Of a DNA stretch of 64,000 nucleotides, positions 24,657-37,800 are shown one piece after another. The notes beneath the pieces were generated by a model. That model did not search any database and was not told where the DNA came from. It saw only the letters and a list, made by a program, of their open reading frames with translations. Position 1 is the first letter of the stretch; each line of letters begins with the position of its first letter. This DNA is from Eledone cirrhosa (taxonomy: Eukaryota). The DNA is taken from positions 87,172,001-87,236,000 of the forward strand of contig OZ024743.1 of assembly GCA_964016885.1 (NCBI GenBank), written 5' to 3'. The position numbers and the translations under genes are program-made.

Positions 24657-25008
24657 TTCATGACAAAACTGTTCCGTTGATCGAACAACTGGAACACTCA
24701 TTGTGGAAACCGTCGGAGATCCATTCCATTTCATTCCATTTCATTCCATTCCGTTGCATTTCGTCTACATGTGTAGTAGGCAATTCTATAGATTTGTCTC
24801 CTGTCACCCCGTCACCCTGTCTCCCTGACACCCAGTCGCTTCATTCTCATACACCTGCAGACACTCAGTGTGATAGAAAGTAACCTGAATCTTACACAAC
24901 TCACAGTCGAAAAAACTATTAAAAGTCGATCGATTAATGCAAAATCGAAAGCTTAAAGAGACGAGCACACACACTCACATTTAACACGTACGCATGTATT
25001 GTATAGAA

Positions 25009-25114
<106 letters not shown>

Positions 25115-25325
25115 CGAAGGAGTTGTGGTAAGAAACCAGATGGACCATAACGCACCAGAGTACTCAATACTTAGGGTAGAAGAGTGGGTAATAGGAAAAT
25201 GTATGACCCCGACGGCAGAGCTCAAGCCGTTTCGACGGCTATTTCTGGACGTCCAGAAATAGCCGTCGAGTCGGCTTGAGCTCTGGCGTCGGGGTCATAC
25301 ATTTTCCTATATATATATATATATA

Positions 25326-25783
25326 CTAGCAGAGGTACCCGGCGTTACTCGGATATTAAATAGCAGTTGTGTATACCATTTATGTCAATACTTCAGTGCT
25401 GCTTCGAAAATTATACTTTTACAAAATCACCCGCTGTTTCCAAAAGGGGGTTCCTGCCCCCAGGGGTCCCCTACCCAATATATGCCAATTCTGAGAGTTA
25501 ACATTCATCTGTAGGACAAAACGTAGCCCATGTGTCAAGTGTTGAGAAAATCGGTTGCGAACTCCAGAAGTTATAACGTTTTGTTGCATTGCACTGCAGT
25601 GCTTCAGTCGACTTCAAGGAAGTGGTTAAAATGGTTAAAGGGGTTATCTGCCGGGGGGCCCTATAATCAATATCTGGAAAAATGACAGTGCCCATGACCA
25701 TCCGGAGTACATAAGTAACCTATGTCTTAAGTTTGGTGAAAATACTGTAGAAATGCATAAGGTTTGTACATACGCGCGTGCGT

Positions 25784-25825
<42 letters not shown>

Positions 25826-25884
25826 TTGTGTGTGCGTATGTATGTATGTGTGTGTGTGTGTGTGTGTCTGTGTGTCTGTGTGTA

Positions 25885-25920
<36 letters not shown>

Positions 25921-25935
25921 TGTGTGTGTGTGTGC

Positions 25936-26015
<80 letters not shown>

Positions 26016-27291
26016 TTGTGTGTGTGTATGTATGTGATATCTGTCGGGTCATACGTATGTACTGGCCTAAATCTTCACTATTTACTTTTACTATTTTAAT
26101 AACCTCTGTCATTTTCTTTTTCAATTTTATTTACATCATTCTTAAACTCCGGGGCTGGAAATCATTCTGTTATTTTAAATAGAATATTAGTCTAACGACT
26201 CCATTTATACCATAAACTTGGTCTTGTCTTTGCATGAAATTGTTCTTCACGCTCCAGATAACGACGTATTATCCTCGCTTTTTTCCCCGTTCATTGCCAG
26301 GGAACGTCTTCACGAACCAAAATATCGTCTTGCTGTTTTCGTTCGGTTGCAACGTTTCTCGAAATATTTACTTCTGCGTTCACAGATTACTCTCAGTTCA
26401 ATTTGAATGAGAAATTCCTGTTTCATCGATTTTCTCCGTAACCATGGAAGCTTGAAGTAGCCAAAAGTTTATTAACAGCGAAATAACGTTGTCTTTGATA
26501 TGTTATTTTAAATAAGACAGTGATTTGAAAAATACTACTTACTGTTAGTGGTGGTTAACATGTATTAGAAATAAAATGAAAATGATATCTGAAAAAACGT
26601 ACTTGAGAACATGACTCCCTTCTTCGCAATTTAAGGGTTTTATTTCTTTTGATGGAAAACAGTGACTGTTTTCGGTTTGGCATTTCGTAAAAGGGTACTG
26701 CAGAATTGATTTCATAAAACGGTACTGTATGATAGTTTACACTTTGATTGCCTTGGTCAGCAAGAGGGGCCTCTATATATTAGATATTTATTAGAAGAGG
26801 GGGAAATAACTAACCCCAGTATTAGAACAGGGGGTTCGCAATATAAGGGTGTTATTTCTTTTGTTAGAAAACAGTTACCTTTTTCGTTTTGGCATTTCGT
26901 AAAATTCTACTGCAGAATCGATTTTATAAAACAGTACTGTATGATCGTTATAGAATTATTTAAATTTAATATAGAGCAATTGTATTTTAAAAATGAAAAT
27001 TAAACGTACTGTAGTAGCCAAAAGTTTATTATCAGCGAAATAACGTTGTCTTTGGTATGTTTTTTTAGACAAAAGTATTAGAACAGGGGGAAATAACTCA
27101 CCGAACGAGATAGTTTTGGGGCCCCAGGGACCACATTTTTCAAGTTAGAGATTTGAAACCTCATCTATTTGCTCCCTTGGCACTTTTTGCATAGGTGTGT
27201 AAATTTTCATGTCCGTCCTGCCACGTCTACTACCATTTAACCGTGCACATCTGAATTTCAACCACCGCCCATTTCACAAATATATATTAGA
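25326..27291 (-). mobile_element. Non-autonomous Helitron
   Basis: Minus-strand 3' end ccgagtaacgccggg-tacctctg-CTAG|T at 25326; putative 5' A|TCTAATATATA at 27291; internal (TG)n and a ~100-bp duplication (26634/26845). Confidence 0.7.
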
Positions 27292-27831
27292 TATATATCG
27301 TCCCCCCCCCCACTCTCAAGAGCGTGAAACTAATAAACCTTTGTTCGTACTGCCTCTCTGTTTTGTTCCCGTTCCATTTTTCACTATATATATATACATT
27401 TAACACGTACGCATATATTGTATAGAAATCTATCTATCTATATATCTATATATATATATATATATATATAGATATTGGTTACCATGTTGAGCTCTGCTGA
27501 TGAACGAAATCCAACCGTGACCATCCCCACTGAAAGTTTTCGTGAAATAGTCTTTTCAAGACTATACAGTGCATTTGAAGTTGTCCCAAATTGAAGGATG
27601 AGTACTTTAGACTTTGTTTTATCATGAGTTAAGGCTCTATTGATTTTTCCCTGGATTTCTCTAAATTCTGTTGGATAAATCTATATCCTGATTCTTTTTA
27701 AATTGAGTTTGAATTATTTTTCCCATATCTTATGTTAACTATTTTCCCATTTTGACGCTATAGTCACTTATATATTATGGAATACTGTTAGCTTCTCGCT
27801 ACAACAATTTCTATACTTTTCTATACTTTTC

Positions 27832-27889
<58 letters not shown>

Positions 27890-27891
<2 letters not shown>

Positions 27892-27991
27892 GAGCTTCTA
27901 CAGGACTAGAAATGTTTCATTTGTGAGAAATCATCAGGAAGCCCTGATGATTTCTCACGAATGAAACAGTTTTAGTCCTGTAGAAGCTCTT
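27890..27991. repeat. Short palindrome with CTGATGA...GAAAC motif
   Basis: aagagcttctacaggacta...tcatcagg aag cctgatga...tagtcctgtagaagctctt. Confidence 0.85.
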
Positions 27992-29041
27992 TTTTATACT
28001 CTGCTATATATAAAATTTAGTACAGCATCATCGAAGCTCTGGTTTCAGCCAAGCTAACGAATGCAGTCGGGGTGTGCAGCTAAGCACTCAATAAGTTATG
28101 TTACCTTAGAGTTATAACATTACGTTTAGACAGCTTTGCAAATTGAAGACAGCGACCGAAAGACGAGCCGCAGTGACCATAGCGACGAACGAAACTGAAC
28201 ACAGGATAGAATATGACAAACCTGGACCATCGCGTCGATACCATACACAACACATAATATATACTATATAATATATATCACATATAATATATAATATCTC
28301 CGCTAGGTTTCTGTAAATCCGAAATCGACAAAATCCACTTGCAGGGGTCTGCAAGTTAATGGTTTTTGGAAGATTGAACAGAGGGATTTAATTCGTCAAC
28401 AAGGTTTTTGTTCTCGTCTGCCCGGGTGTGAATAATAGCAGTAAACACTGGTAGAAGGCACATGGTTTTCCCGAAGGGAGGTAACCCCCGGTTTTGGCTG
28501 TCAAATTCAAATTTGGAACAAAGGAATAAAATTCCTTTACACAAACCTAATTAAGCACTCAACTAGAAGTTATCAAACAAACATAAACAATTAATCAATC
28601 AATAGAATTGTCTAATTAAATTAATCAATTAATCGTTAATTCTAGGAGATAATAATACAAAATTTAGTACAGCATTATTTAGTACAACAATTATAGGGAC
28701 AGTCCTCCGACATGCTTCCAAATAGTCACCGTCTAATAACTCTTGTTTTGTATTATAGAACCGGGGGTAGTTTCCTCAGTGTTCTTGGTGTTTTACTAGC
28801 AACTTCTAATCTGTATTCTTGGTTTATTTCTTCCCCCACGCTATCCTTATCTTCCAATGGCCCGTGACTAACTCCTTGCTTCCAAATGTTCCTCCTCGGT
28901 CTCTCAATGCTCCAGAGCAGTGGTGACTGGGGGCAGGGGGCTATTATGTATATATATATATATATAACAAAGGAATTGTGGTAAGGAACCAGAAATAGCC
29001 GTCGAAACGGCTTGAGCTCTGCCGTCGGGGTCATACTTTTT

Positions 29042-29104
<63 letters not shown>

Positions 29105-29116
<12 letters not shown>

Positions 29117-29253
29117 GAATATAAAAGAGAGATAAACATATATGTCTTCATATGGTAAGGGACCAGATTCGCTAGCGAATCTGGTCCCTTACCATATGAA
29201 CACATATATGTTTATATCTGTGTTTATCTCTCTTTTATATTCAATTTTATATA
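29105..29253. repeat. Palindrome centred on ttcgctagcgaa
   Basis: Arms aaaattgaatataaaagagagataaac...ggaccagattcgc mirrored, with a small insertion in the right arm. Confidence 0.88.
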
Positions 29254-29928
29254 TAGCCTAAGACGAATATATATATATATATATATATATTCTTCTTAGG
29301 CTAAGCCATTGCGCATACTATATTTGTGTAATTTGCCTCAAGGCATAACTTGTCTCTACCTATTTTGTTATGTCCCAATGTGCATATAAGTAGATCGACT
29401 GCCAAGACTGTAGTAAATGACACTTGCCTAAGATGCCATGCAGTGGGATCAAGCCCAGGAGCTAATGATTACGATGTAAACGCCTGAAACAATCGTACAT
29501 GATGTATCCACCCCGACAACGTAGCTATTAATTATTCATATTAAAACATCGAACGAACTTCTACTAAACAATAAATTTATGTTTCTTTTTAAAAATAAAG
29601 CAACATATTTGTGTAAAAGAGAATGGCAATTACAGTCTTGTTTGTGGAATATGATAGGGATTCGAAATAACCATTAATGTAATAAATAAACATTAGTCTA
29701 AAATAATTTCAGCTGAAAGATCGTTCTGGAAATAAACGTGCTTACAAGATGGCTTCCTTTACTATCGCTGCTACAGCCGCTCTTGTTATTAATACAACTG
29801 AAGAGGTTGTTGTCCGTGTTAATAATTATAGTGCTGGTATAACCTATTGTTTTACGAACGAAATAAATAAATAATATAAATAATATTCGCTCTCTTCAAC
29901 AACCTTTAACAAAGCTATATTGCTGGAT

Positions 29929-29964
<36 letters not shown>

Positions 29965-29968
<4 letters not shown>

Positions 29969-30216
29969 ATAAATGTAAGCTATCGCCGTATTTTGACTAA
30001 AGAAATTAAAGAAATTATTTAGCCTGATAGTGAGGTTAACAACCCCTCGGAGAAATGTAAAAAGATGAGTATTGACGTACATGGGAATCGAACCCACATC
30101 TTTGGTTATCCCGACAACTGTGCTACCATTTACACCAACACATCACCCGAGGGTTCTTAACCTCACTATCTTTAATTTCTTTAGTCAAAATACGGCGATA
30201 GTTTACATTTATAATA
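29965..30216. repeat. Inverted repeat enclosing a tRNA-like sequence
   Basis: Arms 29965-30050 and 30147-30216; loop contains a minus-strand tRNA-like sequence at 30073-30145. Confidence 0.8.
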
Positions 30217-30250
30217 ATTTCAAACCCGCTCGCTGTTTCGAAAATATTCT

Positions 30251-30298
<48 letters not shown>

Positions 30299-30334
30299 TG
30301 TGTATGTATATATATATTTATATGTATATATATG

Positions 30335-30716
30335 TATATTAGTAAAAAGGAAAAGAAAATGCTGACAAATTTTTCCCAGTGAAAAATAGTTTAATTAGGA
30401 ATAAGTATAAATTAGTAATAAGTATTGGTTAGTATTCAGTTTTAGTTTTAAGCTTTTACCGGTTGCGCATTTCTAATGCTTTTCAAAAATAATTTTGAGA
30501 TGGAGCGCTCGTGATGTTTGCTCTAATTAGCAAACATCACGAGCGCTCCATCTCAAAATTATTTTTGAATAGCATTAGAAATGCGCAGCCGGTAAAAACT
30601 TAAAACTAAAACTGAATACTAACCAATACTTATTACTAATTTATACTTATTCCTAATTAAACTATTTTTCACTGGGAAAAATTTGTCAGCATTTTCTTTT
30701 CCTTTTTACTAATATA
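30335..30716. repeat. Spacerless palindrome of the PLE pseudo-LTR family seen at 13194-13424
   Basis: Centre near ttgctctaattagcaa (~30525); arms homologous to 10405-10600. Confidence 0.9.
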
Positions 30717-30784
30717 TCACAACTCGTGTGTCACACCTCTATTTTTTTAAATATATAAATATATATATATATATATTTATATAT

Positions 30785-30853
<69 letters not shown>

Positions 30854-31537
30854 TATATGTATATAATTCCGTTATAATAAAACTCACGGGGTATGAAAAA
30901 ATTCGTTGCAACGAAAAATTCGTTATAACGGATTTTTACCTGTATATATATATATATATATATATATCGAACACCACAACCACCCAATCCACCAATATAT
31001 AACCATCTATTGCTGTAACCTAGCAATGGCGTTTAACGGGGTATATATGATGCAAGTAAACAAGCGAAGATGTAGCCACCCAGTCACTCGGTACAGAGCT
31101 GTTCACAAGACATGTCGTTAGGTTCTCATATAATCACTTATTGATTTCAAAGTAATCTTACACACACCACTTATTTCTCCTTGTCTCAACGTCGTCTTCA
31201 CCTGCCTGCTCTCTTTCGCTCTCTCTTCCTCTTTTCTTTGTACAAAAAAAAAAGAAAACAAGAAAAAAAAAACCGCGCGCGCAAGCACGCACGTATATAT
31301 AAGTGTATGTGTGTATAGTATATATATAATGTATACATATAAATATATATATGTGTATATATATATATATATGTGTATATATATAATTGTTTCTACTTTA
31401 GGCACAAGGCCAGCAATTACCCAGTGCATTACTGGTACTTTATTTTATCGACCCCGTAAGGATGAAAGGCAAAGTCAACCTCGGCGGGATTTGAACTCAG
31501 ATCGTAAAGGGACGTATATATGTGTATATATATAATA

Positions 31538-31625
<88 letters not shown>

Positions 31626-31626
<1 letters not shown>

Positions 31627-32640
31627 TAGCAGTGGTACCCGGCGTTGCACGGGATAAGGTATTTTGGAACGCGGGCCGCCAACAGACCTAATCGTGGAAA
31701 AACTGCATGCCTGGACAGTATGTAAAGAAAACAAACCGAATACTCCGATGGCTGCATAATCTAAGATTTTCCTCGATGAAGCAGGAAAAAGGCAGGTTTT
31801 CACCTAATGCAGGCCCTAGGAGTTCAAGAAAATGAATTATTTTATGTGCATAATATGCCTTGAAATTTCGGGAAAATCGGCTAGACGTAACGCCTCAAAA
31901 AAGCCCTAAAAAGCTGAAAAAAGGGAAGTTTTTCACTTAATGCGGGCCCTAGGCCATGAAAAAGTTGGATTTTCTTTGCTCACGGTATGAAGAAGAGACT
32001 GACTAATACATAGTTACAATTTCAAGGAAATCGGTCTGACGTAACGCCTTATATGTATACCCATGCACATACACACACACATCTATATTTATACACGCAC
32101 ACATGTTTATACAACCTACCACCTTTCACACCCTTTGATTTCCAGCTTCTACGGCCCACTATCTTTCACACACACACACTCACATACATACACACATACA
32201 CATATACACACACATATATATTTACACACACATATTTTACGGCTTTCACACGCTAGCGCACCCTATTGATTTAACCCAATTGGTCAGTAGCTTTTGCCAC
32301 AGCCTATCACGCGCACGCGCATTCTTTCCCTCGTTTGAATTTTTCCCCATAACGGCATTCCTATGTTTTAACGACAATACAACTTTCTCCGGCTTAGCCT
32401 GTTCCCCCCCTATTGGAACTTTCCCCCGTTGATGGGCGTAAGCCCGAAATATTGGGATTAAATCTCCACTACGGTAACCCTTCTACCTTTGTTTTGTTTT
32501 CATTTTCGTTTCTCTCAATTTTCACTTTCTCCTATTTCTCACTCACTTCCTACCTCGAGATTTCCCATCTGCATTGTTGTGGCTTTCTAAACTACATATT
32601 TTACACATTTCACAATGCTTCAAGCAAACTTTAACACCCT
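31626..32640 (-). mobile_element. Non-autonomous Helitron (3' end clear, 5' end uncertain)
   Basis: Minus strand cccgtgcaacgccggg-taccactg-CTAG|T at 31626. Confidence 0.55.
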
Positions 32641-32747
<107 letters not shown>

Positions 32748-32779
32748 CGAGGAATCAGTGATGCATTAAAACACAATTT

Positions 32780-32873
32780 AACATATTACATATGTTTCTC
32801 CGACGATCAGCTCAAGGTAGGATCTATTATAGATCGAACCTGACGCTGCACTCGTAAGGTCCTCAGATATGTT
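32780..32873 (-). ncRNA. Type I hammerhead candidate with long interrupted stem II
   Basis: aacatat-CTGAGGA-cc..acga..cagc..aggt..gatcta taa tagatc..acct..gctg.tcgt..gg a-GAAA-catatg-TA-atatgtt. Confidence 0.75.
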
Positions 32874-32962
32874 TAACGTTTTCAAGGCATTTCTTCATAT
32901 TGCAACCTTACAACAACTATATATATATATATAATATATATATTTATATATAATATATATAT

Positions 32963-33014
<52 letters not shown>

Positions 33015-33062
33015 GATAAGGATAAATATATATCAAATATATAAGAACAGTAGAGCAATTAA

Positions 33063-33140
<78 letters not shown>

Positions 33141-33327
33141 TAACAGATTAAAGTTCATGCAAAGAATCGGTGCTTTCACCCTTAACGGGATCTTCTGAAA
33201 CTCATCTTTGCTTAAACTTTAATCTGTTTTTCTAATAAATATTTGCTCTACGGTTCTTATATATTTGATATATATTTATCCTTATCGAGCCCTCTTTGGA
33301 TTTTAGTCTTCAAATTTATTATTATTA

Positions 33328-33431
<104 letters not shown>

Positions 33432-34146
33432 GAAATGGCTGTGTAGTTGCTATTTAAGGTATCTTAAAATGGAGTGGGAATAAGAAGAAAGCAAGAACGG
33501 GGGGGAGGATCCTCATCAGTTGACTACTGTGGGTCTCTGATATTTCTACGCTTTAAAGCAAGATATCTACCGCCCAGGGCGTCAATAACTGGATAAGTTA
33601 TTAGGAAAACGGAGGAGTGAGGGAAGGAAAACAAAAGGGAAGAAAAGAGAAAACAGTGAAAAAACAGCGAAAAAACCCCCAAGAAACCGAGCAATGTGCG
33701 AGCAACTATAAGTAGGAGATCCAAGACCACACGATAAGAGAAATTAAGTTCAAGACTGAGTGGTCGAGAGAAAAAAGACACACGTCTGATCCCAGCAGTT
33801 GTAAGTGAGAAAAGGACTACTAGGGGGTCTGGCGAGGGGGTGAAAGTGAGAGAGGGAGAAAGGGAGAGGAAGAAAGTGGGGTAAGAGTAGATAGTAACGA
33901 AATACTTAGGTAGGAGAAGAGAGAAGACTGGTAGAGAGGATGAGTGAAAGTGAGAGGGAGAAAGGGAGAGGAAGAAAGAGGGGTGAGAGTCGAAAGTAGC
34001 GAAATGGGAAGGTAGAAGGGGAGATAAGAATGGTCACAGCGAAAACATGATGAAATATATGGAGAAATATAGCAAGAACGCTGGGGGGGGGGAGTTTTCC
34101 TCATCAGTTGTCTACTGGGAGTCTCGGATATTTCTACGCTTTAAAG

Positions 34147-34223
<77 letters not shown>

Positions 34224-34229
<6 letters not shown>

Positions 34230-35438
34230 ATACTTTGGGAGGGTCATGTTGCTAATAAGAAACACACGCACCAGTTGCTTTCACTTCAATTTATTATAAT
34301 AAATTTATAAATTTAGGAATTTATAAATTTCCGGTTGGTTGGTTGGTTCCACAACCAGATGATTGTTTATATATTGTCAAAGTTCTTTCGTCACACATTC
34401 TGTGACCTCTTCAGTGACTGGGGATTCTTTTCTTTGTTTTTGTGCCTCTCCTTTGTTCTGTCCTACGCCATCTTGTTTTTGTGTGTGTTGTGTGCTTAGT
34501 TTGCGCATGTGCTACATCCGGGTGTCTGTGTGTGTTTATATTTGTTTATTTATTTGTTTATTTACATGTTACTGGTTGGTTGTTTGTTCTATGTGCATGT
34601 GTGTTTTCATTTTGTCCTTAATTGTAAGTTGTGATGTTGCTGTTCCATTCATGTTTTCTATTTAATTTCAAAGACCTCCCTGTATAGATAAGAAATATAT
34701 CATCTGTAAATTAAGCCCCCATATTAACTGTAAAACTAGAAATGTAGTATATAGCATAAGATGTACTGAAGGACAATGTAGAGATAAGAATATAGTGTAC
34801 ATAGGTGAGACAGCTCGTAGTATAGGGGAACGGATAAATGAACACTGGCGAGACCTTCAAGATAGTAAAGAATCATCTGTACTCTACCAACATGCTAAAA
34901 TAGAACATAAGGATAAATTAGAGAACATAGAAATAAAAATAGAATCTACACACAGAAAAGACGCAATGTTTAGACAAATCACAGAGGCAATAAACATAAA
35001 CGAACTCCAACCAAAATTAAATAGAAAACATGAATGGAACAGCAACATCACAACTTACAATTAAGGACAAAATGAAAACACACACGCACATAGAACAAAC
35101 AACCAACCAGTAACATGTAAATAAACAAATAAATAAACAAATATAAACACACACAGACACCCGGATGTAACACATGCGCAAACTAAGCACACAACACACA
35201 CAAAAACAAGATGGCGTAGGACAGAACAAAGGAGAGGCACAAAAACAAAGAAAAGAATCCCCAGTCACTGAAGAGGTCACAGAATGTGTGACGAAAGAAC
35301 TTTGACAATATATAAACAATCATCTGGTTGTGGAACCAACCAACCGGAAATTTATAAATTCCTAATTTTATAAGAAGTGAAAGCAACTGGTGCGTGTGTT
35401 TCTTATTGGCAACATGACCCTCCCAAAGTATAACAATA
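34224..35438 (+). mobile_element. 5'-truncated Penelope-like element with ~420-bp inverted pseudo-LTR
   Basis: 34224-34665 mirrors 35017-35438; between them the reading NCKTRNVVYSIRC...YIGETARSIGERINEH...EA..I...QPKLN (GIY-YIG, ~34680-35064). Confidence 0.9.
35264..35306 (+). ncRNA. Minimal type I hammerhead in PLE pseudo-LTR; mirror 34376-34418 (-)
   Basis: gtca-CTGAAGA-g gtcaca gaatg tgtgac-GAAA-gaac-TT-tgac. Confidence 0.68.
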
Positions 35439-35573
35439 TCGGTTTCAACACACGTTTTCAGATAAAGAATCTTGCTAAACAAATTCAGAAACGATATATA
35501 TATATATATTAGAAAGTGAGGGTTTTTTACAAAATGAAAAATAACCGAAGTGTCCTACACGAGTGAAAGTATA

Positions 35574-35855
35574 AAGAAAAAAAGATGAAATCAAAAATGC
35601 AACTGGAGTCTTATTAAAAAATATATATATTTATTTGGTTCCTTTACCGGTTTCGCAGTTCTTCTGCTTTTCAAAAGTAGAGTTGAGATGGAGGGTCTGT
35701 GGGTTTTCTCACATGGAGAAAAACCACAGACCTTCCATCTCAACTCTACTTTTGAAAAGCATAAGAACTGCGAAACCGGTAAAGGAACCAAATAAATATA
35801 TATATATTTTTTAAAATAAGACTCCAGTTGCATTTTCGATTTCATCTTTTTTCTT
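35574..35855. repeat. Palindrome, ~135-bp arms
   Basis: aaagatgaaatc..aatgcaactggagtc mirrored; centre ~35713. Confidence 0.9.
35749..35784 (+). ncRNA. 36-nt minimal hammerhead with U3-A8 core; mirror 35642-35677 (-)
   Basis: ctt-TTGAAAA-gca taagaac tgc-GAAA-ccgg-TA-aag; the mirror copy has a gcag/ctgc stem II. Confidence 0.68.
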
Positions 35856-35894
35856 TTTAAATATATATATATATATATATTTTCATTCTCTCTC

Positions 35895-35970
<76 letters not shown>

Positions 35971-36023
35971 ATTGTGTAAGGAGTAAATTTTGTTTTTGAA
36001 TTCATTGCCTTCTTTTATTTTTG

Positions 36024-36072
<49 letters not shown>

Positions 36073-36164
36073 CCTTCTTTTATTTTTGCTTAAATATATA
36101 TATATATGTTGATTTAAAACTGCACTATCCACAAGTGTTTTTTAGCCTTCATATCATGTTCTCC

Positions 36165-36235
36165 TGTTTTATCTGATGAAAACACAAATATTATTGCATG
36201 ATGATGTTTGTTTTTGAAATGCGCATAATAAAATA
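36165..36235 (+). ncRNA. Third copy of the 17981-type hammerhead
   Basis: tgttttat-CTGATGA-...-GAAA-tgcgca-TA-ataaaata. Confidence 0.72.
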
Positions 36236-36265
36236 CATGGAACTCCTTTAACCATCTTTTGATCT

Positions 36266-36389
<124 letters not shown>

Positions 36390-37049
36390 CAAAGGAAATG
36401 TGGTAAGGAACCAGATGGACCATAACGCAGCAGAGTACTCAAGACTTAGGGTAGTAGAGAGGGAAATAGGAAAAAGTATGACCCCCGACGGCAGAGCTCA
36501 AGCCGTTTCGACGGCTAGTCCAAAAATAGCCGTCGAAACGGGTTGAGCTCTGCCGTCGGGGTCATACTTTTTCATATATATATATACCAAATAAAATCAT
36601 TGTTTAGTGTTTTTCAAGAAGACGGTCGATCAAACAGGAATTTCGAGGCTAGAAACAGGTAGTAACGTAACCACTACCATGCTGGTCGGATCATCGATGT
36701 TCCACGATCAATCGACCCTCTGAAACGATAGTAAAACAGTGAACTAATTTACTATCTATCTCTGATTTTTATTTTGTATAGTCTCTTTGCTTTTCAATGA
36801 CCTTCTTTCAATGGTCCACAAGCTTGCTTATTCCATTGGTGAAGGTTTACGGTTGGTTGCGCAGCCGTTTGTGTCCTGCGTCCTGCACTTCTTCGTTCGT
36901 AGAAAATCGACGATCTCGTAAAAGAGAGCGGTCCAAAGAGTTGATAGTTGGAAAGGGCGATATCTGAACTGTATGCAGTGTGTATGCAGTGTGTATGCAG
37001 TGTGTATCCAGTTACTCATAACCCAATTTTTCAATGGTTTCAACGGTGG

Positions 37050-37800
37050 GGACATGCATTGTCGTGGAACAATAATACTTTCTTTGAAAATAGACCTCGG
37101 TGTTTGGTGTGAATTTCTGGTTTCAATTAGTTGGCCAGCATTTTATTGTAGCCTATACTGGTGCTTCTATACCCCTTTTCTAGGTAATGTTCCCGTATTG
37201 CGTCCCGCAAAAACGGTAAGCATCACTTTTTCTGCGCAAGGTTTAAGTCTTGAATTTCTTTTTCACAGACGATCATGGGTGTTTCTACTCCATACTCTGC
37301 TTTTTTTTATTCTGGCTCAAAGAGATGGAACCAGGTCCCATCTCCTTTGACTTTATATTCCATCATGATATTACGGATCCTTGCCAACATTTCATGAGAA
37401 GTGCATAGATAGCCGATGATATGTAGATTCCTCCAGTTTTCAATAACTCGACTGGAATCCCATCTAACCTTGGTGCCTTGTCTGAGTTGTATGAATGCCT
37501 TTCTGATTTCTTCAATGGTCAGTTGATTGCCCATTGATAATATTCTGCTGAGGCAGAATCTCTATAACATCAACGTTGACAATAGAAGGGTTGTAAAAAA
37601 AGCTAGAGAAATATTCTTTCTATCTCTTTATAATGTTCTCTGGGTCTCTATAGACAACTACACCACTCTTGTGCACAGGGACAATGGAAGATGATTGAGG
37701 ACCAAATGATAGCCGTAATAAAGTTTCAAAGGTTTTACGTTCATTACTATTAAAGGAAGCTTACACCTGTTGAGATACCTTTCATCGCCAATCGTTTTTC
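37050..37800 (-). mobile_element. Degraded LINE RT fragment (RTE-like)
   Basis: LTIEEIRKAFIQLRQG followed by a degenerate DGIP..E motif; later CGNY RGISL-like and FSPTVET-region remnants, heavily frameshifted. Confidence 0.5.

Noticed and set aside
27497-27515. CTGATGAacGAAA motif as hammerhead
   Set aside because: No stem II between the core halves and no stem I/III pairing seen.
30073-30145. Functional tRNA gene
   Set aside because: Anticodon stem pairs poorly and acceptor stem is wobble-rich; treated as tRNA-derived.
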